DNA of 60,309 bases, from the IMG/VR virus record IMGVR_UViG_3300048824_000144, positions 1 through 60,309 of that record; one strand, given 5' to 3'. The first letter of the stretch is position 1. Each line of letters begins with the position of its first letter. The notes under the pieces are model-generated. The model saw only the letters and a list, made by a program, of their open reading frames with translations, did no database searches and had not been told where the DNA came from. Origin of the DNA: a virus. Of this stretch, positions 59,710 to 60,309 are shown one piece after another. A program made the position numbers and the translations under genes.

Positions 59710-60227
59710 GCCGCCTTCGTTCTTTCCCGCACTACCAGCTTGGGCGTCAGTTCCTTGGGCACGCTGCAGCGCGCATAGAGCACGAACAGCGCATCCGGAA
59801 AGTTGCCTTCGTCATGCTCTTTGCGGAGGAAGCTGGCAGCCTCCGGCGAAAGCGTCCAGCGGATCGACTTCTCGAAAACGTGGCCCATCACGCGCGATTG
59901 ATCGGCCTCCACCAGCGCCAGCCGAAAGGTTTCCACTGCGGAAGCGTCGATCGCTGTGCTGCTGCCAAACGTGCCCATCACTTCCAGCTTCACCCCGTAG
60001 AGCAGCTTCGATTTCTCCGAGTGCACCGAGCCGAACTCCCGCACTTGGCCGAGCAGCGTGTCCCAGATTTCATCGAGGCGCGCCTTGTGAGGAGCGGCCT
60101 GATCGCCGGCCTTTTTCGCAATGGCGGCGATCTTCTTTTCGAGCTTGCGGTATTCCTTCGCGAGTTGCTCCACTTCGGCCGGAAGCGGAGGGGCGGCTTT
60201 GGGCGCGGACTTGGCGGCTGTGGCCAT
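59706..60227 (-). CDS. hypothetical protein with N-terminal coiled coil (weak resemblance to Mu Gam-type proteins)
   Basis: 173 aa; AEVEQLAKEYRKLEKKIAAIAKKAGDQAAPHKARLDEIW...; first gene after the palindromic operator. Confidence 0.65.
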   Translation of the reverse strand: MATAAKSAPKAAPPLPAEVEQLAKEYRKLEKKIAAIAKKAGDQAAPHKARLDEIWDTLLGQVREFGSVHSEKSKLLYGVKLEVMGTFGSSTAIDASAVETFRLALVEADQSRVMGHVFEKSIRWTLSPEAASFLRKEHDEGNFPDALFVLYARCSVPKELTPKLVVRERTKAA

Positions 60228-60309
60228 GGCTGGAATCCTTAATCGATCTTGTACATGTTATATAACATCGCCGGAAGTCCCTTGGACGCAAAGACTTGCA
60301 GAGATGCTA
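60183..60309. repeat. terminal overlap of a circular assembly (copy 2)
   Basis: identical to 1-127. Confidence 0.9.

Noticed and set aside
1-60309. Alternative genetic code (TAG recoding) suggested by the in-frame TAG at 8780
   Set aside because: Genes across the window terminate sensibly in the standard code, start-stop overlaps use TGA/TAA/TAG normally, and no tRNA with a CUA anticodon was found in the array.

Overview
The window is one closed circular element of 60,182 bp: bases 1-127 are identical to 60183-60309. It is G+C-rich, has phage-like modules, and shows strong translational coupling, with many ATGA/GTGA start-stop overlaps.

The minus strand carries almost everything:
- (i) A lysis cassette plus tail-tip genes (368-9411).
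- (ii) A long operon of small, often Cys-rich proteins next to a tyrosine integrase / excisionase-like / attP module (11336-19476).
- (iii) An ~18-kb operon (52262 down to 33864) with an RtcB RNA ligase, a 27-gene tRNA array (38998-42135) and nucleoid-protein-like genes.
- (iv) A second integrase with endonuclease VII/HNH genes and more small genes (52617-60227).

The plus strand carries three things:
- An early/replication block (21831-33735): iteron-containing initiator, DUF5131/Gp37-Gp68-type protein, acyl carrier protein, PD-(D/E)xK-like nuclease, SNF2 helicase, sigma-region-4-like HTH and an HNH protein.
- A secreted-protein moron (6692-7252).
- An HU gene (55898-56203).

Two related IS1595-family elements, each with a perfect 8-bp target duplication and cargo genes, are inserted at 19964-21598 and 43041-45972. 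I could not recognise any capsid, portal, terminase, tail tube or tape-measure gene.

Limits: every product call rests on motifs read by eye from the supplied translations. No database search or folding program was available. tRNA cloverleaves were folded by hand, so their ends may be off by 1-2 nt. Many long ORFs in the track are antisense shadow ORFs of this G+C-rich DNA and are not reported.
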